This document shows positions 28,281 to 42,766 of a DNA stretch of 64,000 nucleotides, piece after piece. The number at the start of each line of letters is the position of its first letter. Position 1 is the stretch's first letter. The translations under genes were made by a program, and so were the position numbers. This stretch comes from Eledone cirrhosa. Its lineage: Eukaryota. The stretch spans positions 18,786,001-18,850,000 of the forward strand of contig OZ024756.1 in assembly GCA_964016885.1 (NCBI GenBank), given 5' to 3'. A model generated the notes under the pieces. That model saw only the letters and a list, made by a program, of their open reading frames with translations, searched no databases and was not told where the DNA came from.

Positions 28281-28610
28281 TGAGTGGGAACACTCCGTCG
28301 GTTACGACGACGAGTGTTCCAGTTGATCCGATCAACAGAACAGCCTGCCTGCTTATGAAATTAATGTGCAAGTGGCTGAGCATTCCACAGACACGTGTAC
28401 CCTTAACATATTTCTCAGAGAGATTTCTCAGAGAATGTGACAAAGCTGGCCCTTCGAATTACAGACACAACTCATTTTTGCCACCTGAGTGGACTGGAGC
28501 AACGTGAAATAAAGTGTCTTGCTGAAGGACTCAAAGCACTGCCCGTAATCGAGCTCCCAACTTTACGATTGTGAGCCGAATACCCTAACCACAAAGCCAT
28601 GCGCCTTCAC
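28277..28610 (-). mobile_element. tRNA-derived CORE-type SINE
   Basis: Minus head ggcgcatggctttgtggttagggtattcggc.., followed by CORE-like gtccttcagcaagacactttatttcacgttgctccagtcc. Confidence 0.65.
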
Positions 28611-28880
28611 ACACAAACATATATATATATGGGATAACAAGTTATCGTTATAGGTAATCCAGTTAGAGGTTGTGAGTACTCTGCGTCGTGGATAGTTTTA
28701 ACGTACGGCTTTGTTTGACTCAACAAGATGTTTCCATAGTTAGGTATGCAGCTTAATCTTGGAGTAATAATAGTGAAAGAATGAAGAACAACATGGTCGG
28801 CTGATCAATGAAACAATTGTTAATACTTGAAATAGAAGCCCTTTTTGTACAGCCGACCATGTTAATCTTCATTCTTTCAC

Positions 28881-28951
<71 letters not shown>

Positions 28952-29048
28952 GCAAAAAGCAAACAAAAAAGCAAACGACACAGTACAATAAAGAAATATA
29001 AAGTTTAACGCTTGATATAATAGGAAAAGAGTCTTAACGTTCTTTATA

Positions 29049-29102
<54 letters not shown>

Positions 29103-29141
29103 CCAAAGATTAATATGGTTCGTTAATTATTCAACGAATAC

Positions 29142-29195
<54 letters not shown>

Positions 29196-29318
29196 GTATA
29201 TATATATACATACTACTGTACGTCTGTATACATATATGTATGTACGTATACATACTTACATTTAAGTAACTGCCGTAGTAAGAGTGAGAAATGAAATTTC
29301 GTTTCATTCTATTCCATG

Positions 29319-29351
<33 letters not shown>

Positions 29352-29777
29352 GTATATGTATATATATATATATGTATATATATATGTATATATATATGTA
29401 TATATATATATATGTATATATATATGTATATATATATGTATATATATATATATATGAAGGCTTGCTTTGATATTTTCCTTCCTTTCCTTAGCAATACAAT
29501 ACTTCACTCAAGCCCTCCACTACCTCCACTTAACTCCATATATATATATAGAAGGAATTGGTAGTTTACTTGAAGCATTGTATAGTGAGGTATAAACGTT
29601 AGAAGCAAGAAGGCCAGACCAATGCAGGTTTGGAGATAGAATATAAATGTATATATGAATAAATTAAGGTAAAAGATTAATTGTCAGCGCTGTCTTTTAC
29701 CTTTATATTCTATCTCCAAACCTGCATTGTTCTGGTCTTCTAACTTCTAACGTTTATATATATATATATATATATAT

Positions 29778-30005
29778 AACGAAGGAAATGTGGTAAGGAA
29801 CCAGGTGGACCATAACGCACCAAAGTACTCAATACTTGAGGTAGTAGAGTGGGTAATAGGAACCAGTAAGACCCCGACAGCTGAGCTCAAGCCGTTTCGA
29901 CGGCTAATTCTGGACTCAGAATTAGCCGTCCAGAATTTAGTCCAATATTAGTCCAGAATTAGCCGTCGAAACGGCTTGAGCTCAGCTGTCGGGGTCTTAC
30001 TGGTT

Positions 30006-30010
<5 letters not shown>
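29778..30010. mobile_element. Family A fold-back element in (TA)n
   Basis: Near-identical to 186-380 with a longer central loop. Confidence 0.8.
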
Positions 30011-30047
<37 letters not shown>

Positions 30048-30065
30048 TCCTCAGTGTATACTGAT

Positions 30066-30352
30066 TAATGTTCAGAGCTGTATGGGAGCATCCCAAAAGT
30101 CAGCTCAAAAGTGACACAGAGGAGACTGAGGTTAGCTGGACATGCTCCCCGACATACAGAGTTGACATTGCACTCAGTGCTCCTATGGGATCCCCTACAT
30201 GGACACACTAGAAGAGGAAGACCAAGGTTAACGTATGTTGATGCCCTAAGACAGACACTGGTCTGTTGGAGACGCAGGACATGGCAGCGATAATGAGGGA
30301 CAGAGACCGCTGGAGAGAACTCGTCCATGAATCTCGGGAATTTTACCCGCCT
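30066..30352 (+). mobile_element. 3' fragment of an RTE-group LINE
   Basis: TQRRLRLAGH..RH..LLWDP..RRGRPRLTYVDAL is typical of an RTE/RTE-X ORF C-terminus; followed by (TAGA)n. Confidence 0.65.
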
Positions 30353-30388
30353 TAGATAGATAGATATATATAAACGTGAGAAGCTAGA

Positions 30389-30441
<53 letters not shown>

Positions 30442-30581
30442 TGCCAACATACATACATACATAGATGAGTCGAGAAGACAGCTCACTAGTTCAGTAGAGC
30501 AGATGAGTTTTCTGTGTTGTTTCTAGCAGATCTCGAGAACCACGTAGAAGGATAGAAGAAGACAGCTCCATGTCCAGTATT

Positions 30582-30856
30582 CTAAAGTCTGTCTCGAGCT
30601 CGGAGGCTCATCAGGCCGGTGTTTAGCCCGGTTTCCGTGGCATGAAGCGGCTGAGAGCACAAGACTTCCCCCTGGACAGGACGCCAGTCCATCGCAGGGT
30701 TAAACCCCCAGTTATTGCTGATACTCATTTTCAGCTGAATATACTGGAGTAACGTGAAATGAAGTGTTTTGCTCAAGAACACAACACGAAATCCAGCCAA
30801 GGAATCGAACCCACGACATTATGATCGTAAGTCCAACACCCTAACTACTAGGCCAC
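30582..30856 (-). mobile_element. tRNA-derived SINE (CORE-like domain plus gcgatggactggcgtcctgtccagg segment)
   Basis: Minus head gtggcctagtagttagggtgttgga..gggttcgattcc; partial duplicate at 30866-30986; relatives at 53160-53445 and 55680-55800. Confidence 0.7.
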
Positions 30857-31304
30857 AAACCGCCACTAAGTATACTGGAGTAACATGAAACGAAGTGTTT
30901 TGCTCAAGAACCCAACCACACAACCAAGCCCAGGAATCGAACTCACGATAATATGATTGTAAGTCCAACAGCCTTACCACTAGGCCAGGTACGTTTCGTG
31001 TGTTGTTTCTAGCATATCTCGAGAGCCATGTCGAAGGATTGAAGACAGCTCACTAGTTCAGTAGAGCAGATAGAGTATTAAAGATATTCAGACGCCATTT
31101 CATAGCAATGAAATAACGCCATAGAGATAGCTGGGTTGGTTAGGGTGGTGGTGGGGGAGTTAAGTGGAGGTAGTGGAGGGCTTGAGTGAAGTATTGTATT
31201 GCTAGGGTAAGGAAGGAAAATATCAAAGCAAGCCTTCATATATATATATAAATAGATATAGATAGGTAAATATACACGGGTGTGTATGATTGTGTATAGA
31301 AGAT

Positions 31305-31554
31305 TATATTAATAAGAGGAATTCCAACTTTGTCTGATTTACTCGTTTTATTTACAATCCTTTAAAATACATAATGGTATAATAATGAAATAGTATAGTA
31401 TGATAGAATATTAAATTCTAAGTGTTAATTCAATTAACACTTAGAATGTAATATTCTATCATACTATTTCATTATTATACCATTATATATATTTTAAAGG
31501 ATTGTAAATAAAACGAGTAAATCAGACAAAGTTGGAATTCCTCTTATTAATATA
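31305..31554. repeat. About 250-bp AT-rich palindrome inserted in (TA)n
   Basis: Arms are reverse complements about a centre near 31430; absent from the duplicate site at 29318-29455. Confidence 0.8.
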
Positions 31555-31709
31555 TACATATATATATATATATACATATATATATACATGGAATAGAATG
31601 AAACGAAATTTCATTTCTCACTCTTAATACGGCAGTTACTTAAATGTAAGTATGTATACGTATATACATATATGTATACAGACGTACAGTAGTATGTATA
31701 TATATATAC

Positions 31710-31749
<40 letters not shown>

Positions 31750-31816
31750 AAGGTTTAGTAAATAATGAAAAAGTTTCAAAATAAATTTTTAAAAATTGAC
31801 TTTACCTACTATAGTT

Positions 31817-31900
31817 ACCTTTACCGATCGGTTTCGAATCCCAAAAATAAAACGGAGACCATACGGCCTTCGTTGCAAAGAGAGATTCTCATCAGAAGGT
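31817..31900 (-). ncRNA. Type I hammerhead (family G), copy 1
   Basis: ACCTT-CTGATGA-GAATCTC..GGGATTC-GAAA-CCGATCGG-TA-AAGGT; canonical G10.1:C11.1, palindromic stem III, GUA. Confidence 0.85.
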
Positions 31901-32299
31901 TCTTTTCATTCAAAGAATATAAAATTCCTGAATTTAAATCACAAACTAGCGCTATCAAAAACTGTTCCTGGGATGAGAGTGGATGATGTAGAACAGGTTT
32001 ATCAAGGGCCGTAGCAAAGATAGAGGCAAAAGGAGGTAGGTCAAACTAGCCACTGCTGTTGCCAGCAGCAGTCGGAATGACCCGGTTTGTTCTCAACGTT
32101 AGTGGAGGTAGTAGTAATATGAAATACGTCCCTTCACGCACAAGGCGCCAAGGTACGCATGTATTGTCGAACCAAGTGCCAATGTGGTTCAATGGCGGGT
32201 TAATAAATTAACGAGCCAGAACAAATATAAACAAGGTTTAGTAAATAATGAAAAAGTTTCAAAATAAATTTTAAAAAATTGACTGTACCTACTATAGTT

Positions 32300-32383
32300 A
32301 CCTTTACCGATCGGTTTCGAATCCCCAAAATAAAACGGAGACCATACGGCCTTCGTTGCAAAGAGAGATTCTCGTCAGAAGGT
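32300..32383 (-). ncRNA. Type I hammerhead (family G), copy 2
   Basis: Same fold; core CTGACGA differs only at the free N7 position; 483 nt from copy 1. Confidence 0.85.
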
Positions 32384-32623
32384 TCTTTTCATTCAAAGAA
32401 TATAAAATTCCTGAATTTAAATCACAAACTAGCGCTATCAAAAACTGTTCCTGGGATGAGAGTGGAGTCAATTTTTTAAAATTTATTTTGAAACTTTTTC
32501 ATTATTTACTAAACCTTGTTTATATTTGTTCTGGCTCGTTAATTTATTAACCCGCCATTGAACCACATTGGCACTTGGTTGGACAATACATGCGTACCTT
32601 GGCGTCTTGTGCGTGAAGGGACG

Positions 32624-32684
<61 letters not shown>

Positions 32685-32870
32685 TGTATTCGTTGAATAA
32701 TTAACCATATTAATCTTTGGTTATATATATATATATACATATATACAGTAGTATGTATATATATATATATATACGTGCATATATATATGTGTGCATGTAT
32801 GTATATATATACATACTACTGTACGTCGGTATACATATATGTATGTACGTATACATACATACATACTTAC

Positions 32871-32950
<80 letters not shown>

Positions 32951-33032
32951 GTTATTCCGGGTTGAATCGGAGGTAACCACAGTAAGTAAGGTACTCAATA
33001 CATAGCAGAGTATAATAGTTTTAATATAGAAG

Positions 33033-33083
33033 AGATTCTACAGGACTAGAACTGTTTCATTCATTAGAAATCATCAGGAATCT
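33033..33083 (-). ncRNA. Type I hammerhead (family B)
   Basis: AGATTC-CTGATGA-T-TTC/TAAT/GAA-T-GAAA-CAG..CTG-TA-GAATCT; differs from 490-540 only in loop II. Confidence 0.8.
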
Positions 33084-33303
33084 GGGTATCAAAAAATAAA
33101 TATGGTATTTATAGGTCTCTACAAGTGGTAGGAGAGGGTGGGGAGTGGGATGGGTGCAGGTCATTGGTTGATAGAGAAGGGAATTCATTAAAGGCTAATT
33201 CTACATAGCTATAGTTAATTTATATTTATTTATGTTTTTAGAAATATATATATATATATACATATATATATACATATATATACATATATACACATATATA
33301 TAC

Positions 33304-33374
<71 letters not shown>

Positions 33375-33596
33375 CGTTTCTGAATTTGTTTAGCAAGATT
33401 CTTTATCTGAAATCGTGTGTTGAAACCGATATTGTTATACTTTGGGAGGGTCATGTTGCCAATAAGAAACACACGCACCAGTTGCTTTCACTTCAATTTA
33501 TTATATATTTATAAATTTATAAATTTACAAATCTACAAACTTATAAATTTCTGGTTGGTTGGTTGGTTCCACAACCAGATAGTTGTTTATATATAT

Positions 33597-33641
33597 AGTC
33601 ATAGTCCTTTCGTCACACACTCTGTGACCTCTTCGGTGACT
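33597..33641 (-). ncRNA. Hammerhead-like motif with a U4C core variant
   Basis: AGTCA-CCGAAGA-G-GTCACA/GAGTG/TGTGAC-GAAA-GGAC-TA-TGACT. Confidence 0.5.
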
Positions 33642-33799
33642 GGGGATTCCTTTCTTCGTTTCTGTGCCTTTTCTTTCTTCTATCCTACGCCATTTTGTTT
33701 CTGTGTGTGTGTTGTGTGCTCAGTTTGCGCATGTGCCACATCCGGGTGTCTGTGTGTGTTTGTGTTCATTTTTCTATTTGTTTATTTATTTATTGTTGG

Positions 33800-34225
33800 T
33801 TGGTTGTTTGTTCTATGTGTGTATGTGTTTTCATTTTGTCCTGTGTGTGTTTTCATTTTGTGTGTGTTTTCAATTGTAAGTTGTTTGTTCTATGTGTGTG
33901 TGTGTTTACATTTTGTCCTGTGTGTGTTTTCATTTTGTGTGTGTTTTCAATTGTAAGTTGTTTGTTCTATGTGTGTGTGTGTTTTCATTTTGTCCTGTGT
34001 GTGTTTTCAATTGTAAGTTGTTTGTTCTATGTGTGTGTGTGTTTTCATTTTGTCCTGTGTGTGTTTTCATTTTGTGTGTGTTTTCAATTGTAAGTTGTTT
34101 GTTCTATGTGTGTGTGTGTTTTCATTTTGTCCTGTGTGTGTTTTCATTTTGTGTGTGTTTTCAATTGTAAGTTGTTTGTTCTATGTGTGTGTGTGTTTTC
34201 ATTTTGTCCTTAATTGTAAGTTGTG
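33800..34225. repeat. TG-rich tandem repeat, unit about 60-80 bp
   Basis: ttgtttgttctatgtgtgtg..ttttcaattgtaag repeated about 6 times. Confidence 0.85.
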
Positions 34226-34576
34226 ATGTTGCTGTTCCACTCATATTTTCTATTTAATTTTAGTTTTAATTCTTTTATGCTTACTGCACATATATATATA
34301 TATAAACGGAAAAAATGAAACGAAATTTCATAGTTTTATAGTACAGTGTTCCTCTGTCAGTGTTGAACAAATGAGCAATGATGGTTGCTAAACACTGTAC
34401 GGCTTAATTCGGGATGTTTGTTTACAAACACACCGAGCATTATAATAAATGTTCGGTAAATCCCTACGTACATATATATATATGTGCATGTATGTATATA
34501 TATATATACATACTACTGTACGTCTGTATACATATATGTATGTACGTATACGTACTTATATATATGTATACATAGA

Positions 34577-34648
<72 letters not shown>

Positions 34649-34676
34649 TATGTATATATATATATACATATATATG

Positions 34677-34720
<44 letters not shown>

Positions 34721-34803
34721 ACATATGTATATATACAAATATTATATACATATGTATATATACATATATTATATACATATGTATATATATATATATTATA
34801 TAC

Positions 34804-34843
<40 letters not shown>

Positions 34844-35197
34844 CATGTATATATACATGTATACATTTATATATATTTAAATAGTTATATATATGTGTAA
34901 ATACATAAATGTATATATTCATAAATGTATATATACATATGTATATATATATATATTTATGTATATATGCATTTATCTATATACACATTTATGTATATAT
35001 ACATTTATGTATATATACATTTATGTATATATATACATTTATGTATATATATACATTTATGTATATATATACATTTATGTACATATATACATTTATGTAT
35101 ATATACATTTATGTATATATACATTTATGTATATATATATACATTTATGTATATATACATTTATGTATATACACATTTATGTATATACACTTTTATG

Positions 35198-35257
<60 letters not shown>

Positions 35258-35363
35258 CCAAATTACCAGGTACAATCTTGCTATTCAACCTGTCTGATAG
35301 AATTATCTCATCATTTTGCTCCTTCCTAACACTTATGTCATATTAACACCAGATGCTTCCTCT

Positions 35364-35583
35364 CCTCCTCCTAGACCACACCACCCTTTCCGCCGCCACC
35401 TCCTCCTAGACCACACCACCCTTTCCGCCGCCACCTCCTCCTAGACCACACCACCCTTTCCGCCGCCACCTCCTCCTAGACCACACCACCCTTTCCGCCG
35501 CCACCTCCTCCTAGACCACACCACCCTTTCCGCCGCCACCTCCTCCTAGACCACACCACCCTTTCCGCCGCCACCTCCTCCTA
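35364..35583. repeat. 35-bp minisatellite, 6 copies
   Basis: cctcctcctagaccacaccaccctttccgccgcca repeated exactly. Confidence 0.95.
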
Positions 35584-35742
35584 CTACTGCCACGCCTTAT
35601 CTTCACACTTTTTCTCGTCTTCTTCTGACACCGGCCCCACCGCCAACAACAACAACAACACCAGCACCATCGCTACCACCACTACAACCAACACCATTAC
35701 CGCTACCACCACTACTAATATAACTATCGCCACCGCTAACAA

Positions 35743-35820
<78 letters not shown>

Positions 35821-36172
35821 TACCACTACTACTACTACTACTACTACCACTACTACCACCACTACAACCAACACAGTTACCGCTACCACCACTACTAATA
35901 TAACTATCGCCACCGCTACCAACACCACTAGTACTACTACTACTACTACTACTACCACCACTACAACCAACACAGTTACCGCTACCACCACTACTAATAT
36001 AACTATCGCCACCGCTACCAACACCACTATTACTACTACTACTACTACTACCACCATCACTACTAATACTTCATCTGTTTTATTCCCCCCCCCCCGCCAT
36101 CCGTTTCCCTACTTTCTCTTTCAATCAATCTAGTACTATATGTCCATCTATACACTCACAGTTATACGTCTC

Positions 36173-36249
<77 letters not shown>

Positions 36250-36552
36250 AGTGTAATTTACTACACAAAACGAAGGTTATAGAGAAAATTGACGTTGTAT
36301 ATTGCTTCCATTGAGTATGTATATTGCTTCCACCCCCTCACTGACCAGCAGCTGGCCATCTGGCCATTGCTAAATTTGACCTTTATAAAATAACCCACAC
36401 CCCCAAATAACTTCTCATTCACTACCAGAAGCAGTCAACGAGCTGCTACCAAGATGAAAACTACTATGAAATCCCACAATGAATTTTATACTTGAATTTT
36501 CAAATCTCAAATTTTAACTCTTCTTATTATTAATTTTTCTTAATATTAATCA

Positions 36553-36598
36553 ACATTTGAAAAGATGGCTTTTGCAGACCCATCGAAACCGGTCATTT
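36553..36598 (+). ncRNA. Hammerhead-like motif with U3:A8 core
   Basis: TTGAAAA-GATGG/11 nt/CCATC-GAAA-CCGG-TC; stem I weak. Confidence 0.45.
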
Positions 36599-36757
36599 TT
36601 TATACCCTTTATTATTTCCTTACCTTATAAAATTATATGTTTTTTCACAAAAAATTCTGTCTCTTATATATTCCATGTGCCATTACCAACCTCAATTTTA
36701 TCTCTCTCTCTCTATATATATATATATATACATATATATAGTTAAGTAAAAAAAATA

Positions 36758-36916
36758 ATTCATTTACCACCGGTTTCTTGAAGACAGATATTTATATCTA
36801 TCTTCAGTCGTCAGAATGAATAACATGGAATAAATAAATAAGCTTCCCTGTTATTCATTCTGACGACTGAAGACAGATATAAATATCTGTCTTCAAGAAA
36901 CCGCTGGTAAATGAAT
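36758..36916. ncRNA. Divergent pair of family H hammerheads: 36758-36821 (-) and 36853-36916 (+)
   Basis: ATTCATT-CTGACGA-C-TGAAGACAGATAT/AA/ATATCTGTCTTCA-A-GAAA-CC/GCT/GG-TA-AATGAAT; 7-bp stem I, long stem II, GUA. Confidence 0.85.
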
Positions 36917-37006
36917 TAATTGTCTTATGTTGTCTATTACATAACTAAAAAGCTCTGTAGCCTACATAGAGCACTCTCTTTTCCTTTACCTTTCCTACGG
37001 AAATAC

Positions 37007-37067
<61 letters not shown>

Positions 37068-37249
37068 GTATGTGTGCGTGAGTGTGTGTGTGTGTATCCC
37101 GGGTTTAATCGGGGTAACCACTGTAAGTAACGTACTCAATACAGAGCAGAGAATACAATTTTTAAAGGAAATCATCAGGCTTTCTTGGTGATTTCCTTCG
37201 ACTGAAATAGTTCTAGTCTTGTTGAAGCCATTTCTATATTAAAAATATG

Positions 37250-37307
<58 letters not shown>

Positions 37308-37893
37308 CCATCCTCTCCAATTAAAATTGGAGAGGATGGTTCATTATGATGCATGATTTAAAGGTCATCTTCTACAACCTAATACCATACTAACACTAAC
37401 ACCATAAGATCAGAGATTTTCAATATTTATGTAGAGGCAAAGAACATCTTATAGCTTAATGTGGTTTTATATTTATAAGTTTCTTAGTCAATAAACCTAA
37501 ACTTTATTATAGATATATTTATTACGGTTGTGTGCTTCCATATATGTTTATTGTTTTTCTTGGTATATTCTATTAACGTTAGTTTTATAACTTCAGTTAA
37601 TGCGAGTAATTGAACTTATATTTTCTGGTTGTATATCTCTAACTTATAATTTAGTGACCAGTGTATTTGTACCAATGCAGGATAGTTTGTAAAATATCTA
37701 TAGTTTCTCAACGATATATTTTTACTCAATTTGAAGACGTAAACTTCCCCTAGGAGTGTTCAGGTACTGAGAAGTATGCACAGGAGAATACTAAACTCTG
37801 TGGGGGTCCACATCTTTGATGGTTTTCTTAAACTATGTTGAGGGAGGGGAACATTTTCTTGAAGCCAACTTGATGAAAGTAACAGATATGTTT

Positions 37894-37947
<54 letters not shown>

Positions 37948-38009
37948 TACCCTTGAAATATATATAATAGAATAAATATGGTTTTATAAATATAGTTTCC
38001 ATTTATTAA

Positions 38010-38658
<649 letters not shown>

Positions 38659-39155
38659 CAAGATGTATGGTAGGTCGTACGTAGATCGCGGTGATCACGC
38701 CTGACCTACCTATGTGTAAAGTATCCGTGTGTGGGATATCCCTGAGTAAATTTGCTTGACTGTTAATTGTTTATTAATTGTTTGTTAATTAGGCAGGAAT
38801 ATATTATTATGTCTTTGTTAATCCTATATTAATATTTTTTTTTATATATTTTTAAAGGTTCTCTAAAATTTTAATTCTTTGAAGGGTCTCTCGGAAGAGG
38901 TTTTTATTAAAAATATTAAAGAGGCCTTTTCTGAGGGATTCTTTGAAGGCTTTTTGAATTAACCTTTTCAAATTCTCTTAATTCCCTCTAACCCATCCCT
39001 TTTACAACTCCTACAACTAATATAAAAGAGCCCCCTTAGAATATAGACCAGACCCCAGATAAACAAGCTCAGCTGTTGATGTATACCACGATTTCAAACT
39101 GCTAATCTTGAGTGAAACGTTGATGAAAATAATGAACTTACAATTACCTGTTATA

Positions 39156-39202
39156 TGCCTTGAAAAGTGCCACCATATGGTCGGACGAAACGGCTGTCGG
39201 CA
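39156..39202 (+). ncRNA. Hammerhead with U3:A8 core
   Basis: TGCC-TTGAAAA-GTGCCACC/ATAT/GGTCGGAC-GAAA-CGGCTG-TC-GGCA, overlapping AATAAA at its 3' end. Confidence 0.6.
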
Positions 39203-39868
39203 ATAAACTTGTTATAATGTCATAAAAGTTCCTTTGTTCTTTTTCCTAAATATATATATATATATATCTATACAAGTGGAAGCTTAGTAAAATCGAAGCT
39301 TTCGCTGTGGCCAAGCAAAACGACCTACAATTAGGAATGAACAGCAAAGGACTCAATAAGGTCGGGCCTTAGAGTAATGACATACGTTTAGACAGCTTGA
39401 CAAATAGAAAATTACGGCAGAGAGACCGAGCCACACAATACCAAAAACAACGAAGAAACTAATCAGGTTAAATATATTTTTATATATATATATATATATA
39501 TACGTTCGAAGCATCAGTGATCTACAGACGACAGCTGATGAGCGGTAATTGTCTTTGTGTTCGTGTTAAGCTTCTATAATCTTTTCCAGGACATATATTA
39601 ATAAACTCCAATATAACCTAACACACACATGCATACCCCCCCCCCCCATATATATATATATATATAAATACATATTTTTAATATAGAAATGGCTTCAACA
39701 AGACTAGAACTATTTCAGTCGAAGGAGATCACAAAGAAAGCCTGATTATTTCCTTTAAAATATGTATACTCTGCTCTGTATTGAGTACGTTACTTACAGT
39801 GGTTACCCCGATTAAACCCGGGATACACACACACACACACACGCACACGCACACACACACACACACAC

Positions 39869-39941
<73 letters not shown>

Positions 39942-40031
39942 GTATTTCTGTAGGAAGGGTAAAGGAAAAGAGAGTGCTCTATGTAGGCTACAGAGCTTTT
40001 TAGTTATGTAATAGACAACATAAGATAATTA

Positions 40032-40190
40032 ATTCATTTACCAGCGGTTTCTTGAAGACAGATATTTATATCTGTCTTCAGTCGTCAGAATGAATAACAT
40101 GGAAGCTTATTTATTTATTCCATGTTATTCATTCTAACGACTGAAGATATATATAAATATCTGTCTTCAAGAAACCGGTGGTAAATGAAT
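40032..40190. ncRNA. Divergent family H pair: 40032-40095 (-, intact) and 40127-40190 (+, core CTAACGA, G5A)
   Basis: Inverted duplicate of 36758-36916. Confidence 0.75.
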
Positions 40191-40219
40191 TAATTATCTT
40201 ATGTTGTTTTTTACTTAAC

Positions 40220-40341
<122 letters not shown>

Positions 40342-40723
40342 CATATATATATACATATATATATATATATACATATATATATACATATATATATATACAT
40401 ATATATATACATATATATATATACATATATATATACATATATATATATACATATATATATATATACATATATATATATACAATATATATATACATATATA
40501 TATATACATATATACATATACATATACATATATATACATATATATATACACATATATATACATACATATATATATACATATATATATACATACATATATA
40601 TATACATATATATATACATACATATATACATACATATATATATACATACATACATATATACATACATATATATATACATACATATATACATACATACATA
40701 TATATATATATACACATACATAT

Positions 40724-40768
<45 letters not shown>

Positions 40769-41125
40769 CATATATACATATATATATACATACATATATA
40801 CATACATATATATATACATACATATATATATATATATACATACATATATACATACATATATATATATACATACATATATATATATATACATACATATATA
40901 CATACATATATATATACATACATATATATATATATACATACATATATATATACATATATATATACATATATATATATACATACATATATATATACATATA
41001 TATATACATACATATATATATACATACATATATATATACATATATATATATATATACATACATACATACATATATATATATACATATATACATACATACA
41101 TACATACATATATATATATACATAC

Positions 41126-41156
<31 letters not shown>

Positions 41157-41173
41157 CATACATACATATATAC

Positions 41174-41206
<33 letters not shown>

Positions 41207-41336
41207 CATACATATATATATATACATATATATACATACATACATATATACATACATTCATACATATATATATACATACATACATATATATATACATATA
41301 TATACATACATACATAAATATATATATACATATATA

Positions 41337-41467
<131 letters not shown>

Positions 41468-41669
41468 ATGTAAGTATGGTGAGATCTTTAGATTAGTAAG
41501 GAGACTGAATCACGGTAAGTCATCACATAACTATTGCCATTGTCAGACTTCTACAGACTCTCTCAATGAGAATTCTACAGATATTATTTCATGGGTGTGT
41601 TCCTCTTTCTCTGCCTCTTACGTGTTTCATCTCAAACAATAGCTATCTACCTATACATGTAGAGAGGAA

Positions 41670-42150
41670 GGGGAAAGATAGGGTGGTAGTGGTGGGAGGT
41701 GTGTTGTGCTAATAGAAAGGGAGAAATACATGAAGAGAGAGAGAGAGAGAGTAAAAAGGTTAGAGATAGGCTTTTGTGAAGGATGGTGGTAGTGGTGGGA
41801 GGTGTGTTGTGCTAATAGCAATGGAGAAATACATAAAGAGAGAGAGAGAGAGTACAAAGGAAAAAAAGGTTAGAGATAGGGAGTTGTGAAAGAGGGTGGT
41901 AGTGGGAGGTGTGTTGTACTAATAGCAAGGGAGAAATACATGAAGAGAGAGAGAGAGAGAGTAAAAAGGAAAAAAAGGTTAGAGATAGGGAGTTGTGAAG
42001 GAGGGTATTGGTGGGAGGTGTGTTGTACTAATAGGTAGGGAGAAATACATGAAGAGAGGGAGAGAGAGAGAGAGTACAAAGGAAAAAAAGGTTAGAGATA
42101 GGGAGTTGTGAAAAAGGGAAGAGAGGGGGGTAGTGGGAGGTGTGTTGACT
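41670..42150. repeat. Purine-rich tandem repeat, unit about 105-120 bp, about 4 copies
   Basis: ggtagtggtgggaggtgtgttgt..aaaaaggttagagatagg recurs. Confidence 0.75.
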
Positions 42151-42345
42151 GAAGGGAGAAATACACTTGAGAGATAAAGTAAGGGTTACAGTTGAAGAGG
42201 GAGAGAGAAATAAAGATAAGGAACAACTTAGGGGATTTAAGGAGTTATTTATTCGGGAAGTAATATAAAAAGTACATTTTTTTTTTCGTTTCTGTCTCTG
42301 CTCACTATCATCTATCTTTCTATTTCGTCTTAATTTCTCATTCTA

Positions 42346-42380
42346 TTTTCTGATGAAGGACTAGCGTCTGAAACGTTAAG
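42346..42380 (+). ncRNA. Minimal hammerhead (family E)
   Basis: TTTT-CTGATGA-A-GGAC/TAGC/GTCT-GAAA-CG-TT-AAG. Confidence 0.65.
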
Positions 42381-42628
42381 TATGTATGTGTGTATATATA
42401 TATATATATCAGATAGGGTTTGGTAAAATACCAGGTGGAACATAACGCACCAGAGTACTCGATACCTGGGGTAGTAGAATGGGTAATATGAAAAAAATCA
42501 GGACCCCGACGGCTGAGCTCCGGCCTTTTCGACAGCTACATCCGAACTGTTTGAATCTAGCTGTCGAAACGGTTGGAGCTCAGTTGTCGGGGTCTTGATT
42601 CTTTTCATATATATATATATATATAAAC

Positions 42629-42664
<36 letters not shown>

Positions 42665-42719
42665 TACCGATTGTGTTGTTATTTCTTTTACTCTTTACAT
42701 ACATACATACATACACACA

Positions 42720-42766
<47 letters not shown>

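Larger units (their letters stand above)
31746..32633 (-). mobile_element. Retrozyme/Penelope-pLTR-like element: 1.5 tandem copies of a 483-nt HHR unit plus a 5' inversion
   Basis: 31746-31983 is repeated at 32229-32465; 32466-32633 is the reverse complement of 32117-32284; flanked by (TA)n. Confidence 0.75.

Noticed and set aside
30595-30635. Minus-strand GAAACCGG..CCGG-C-CTGATGA-GCC in a SINE tail, resembling a hammerhead
   Set aside because: There is no NUH/stem I between the parts and no closing stem II; it is best explained as the SINE 3' stem-loop.
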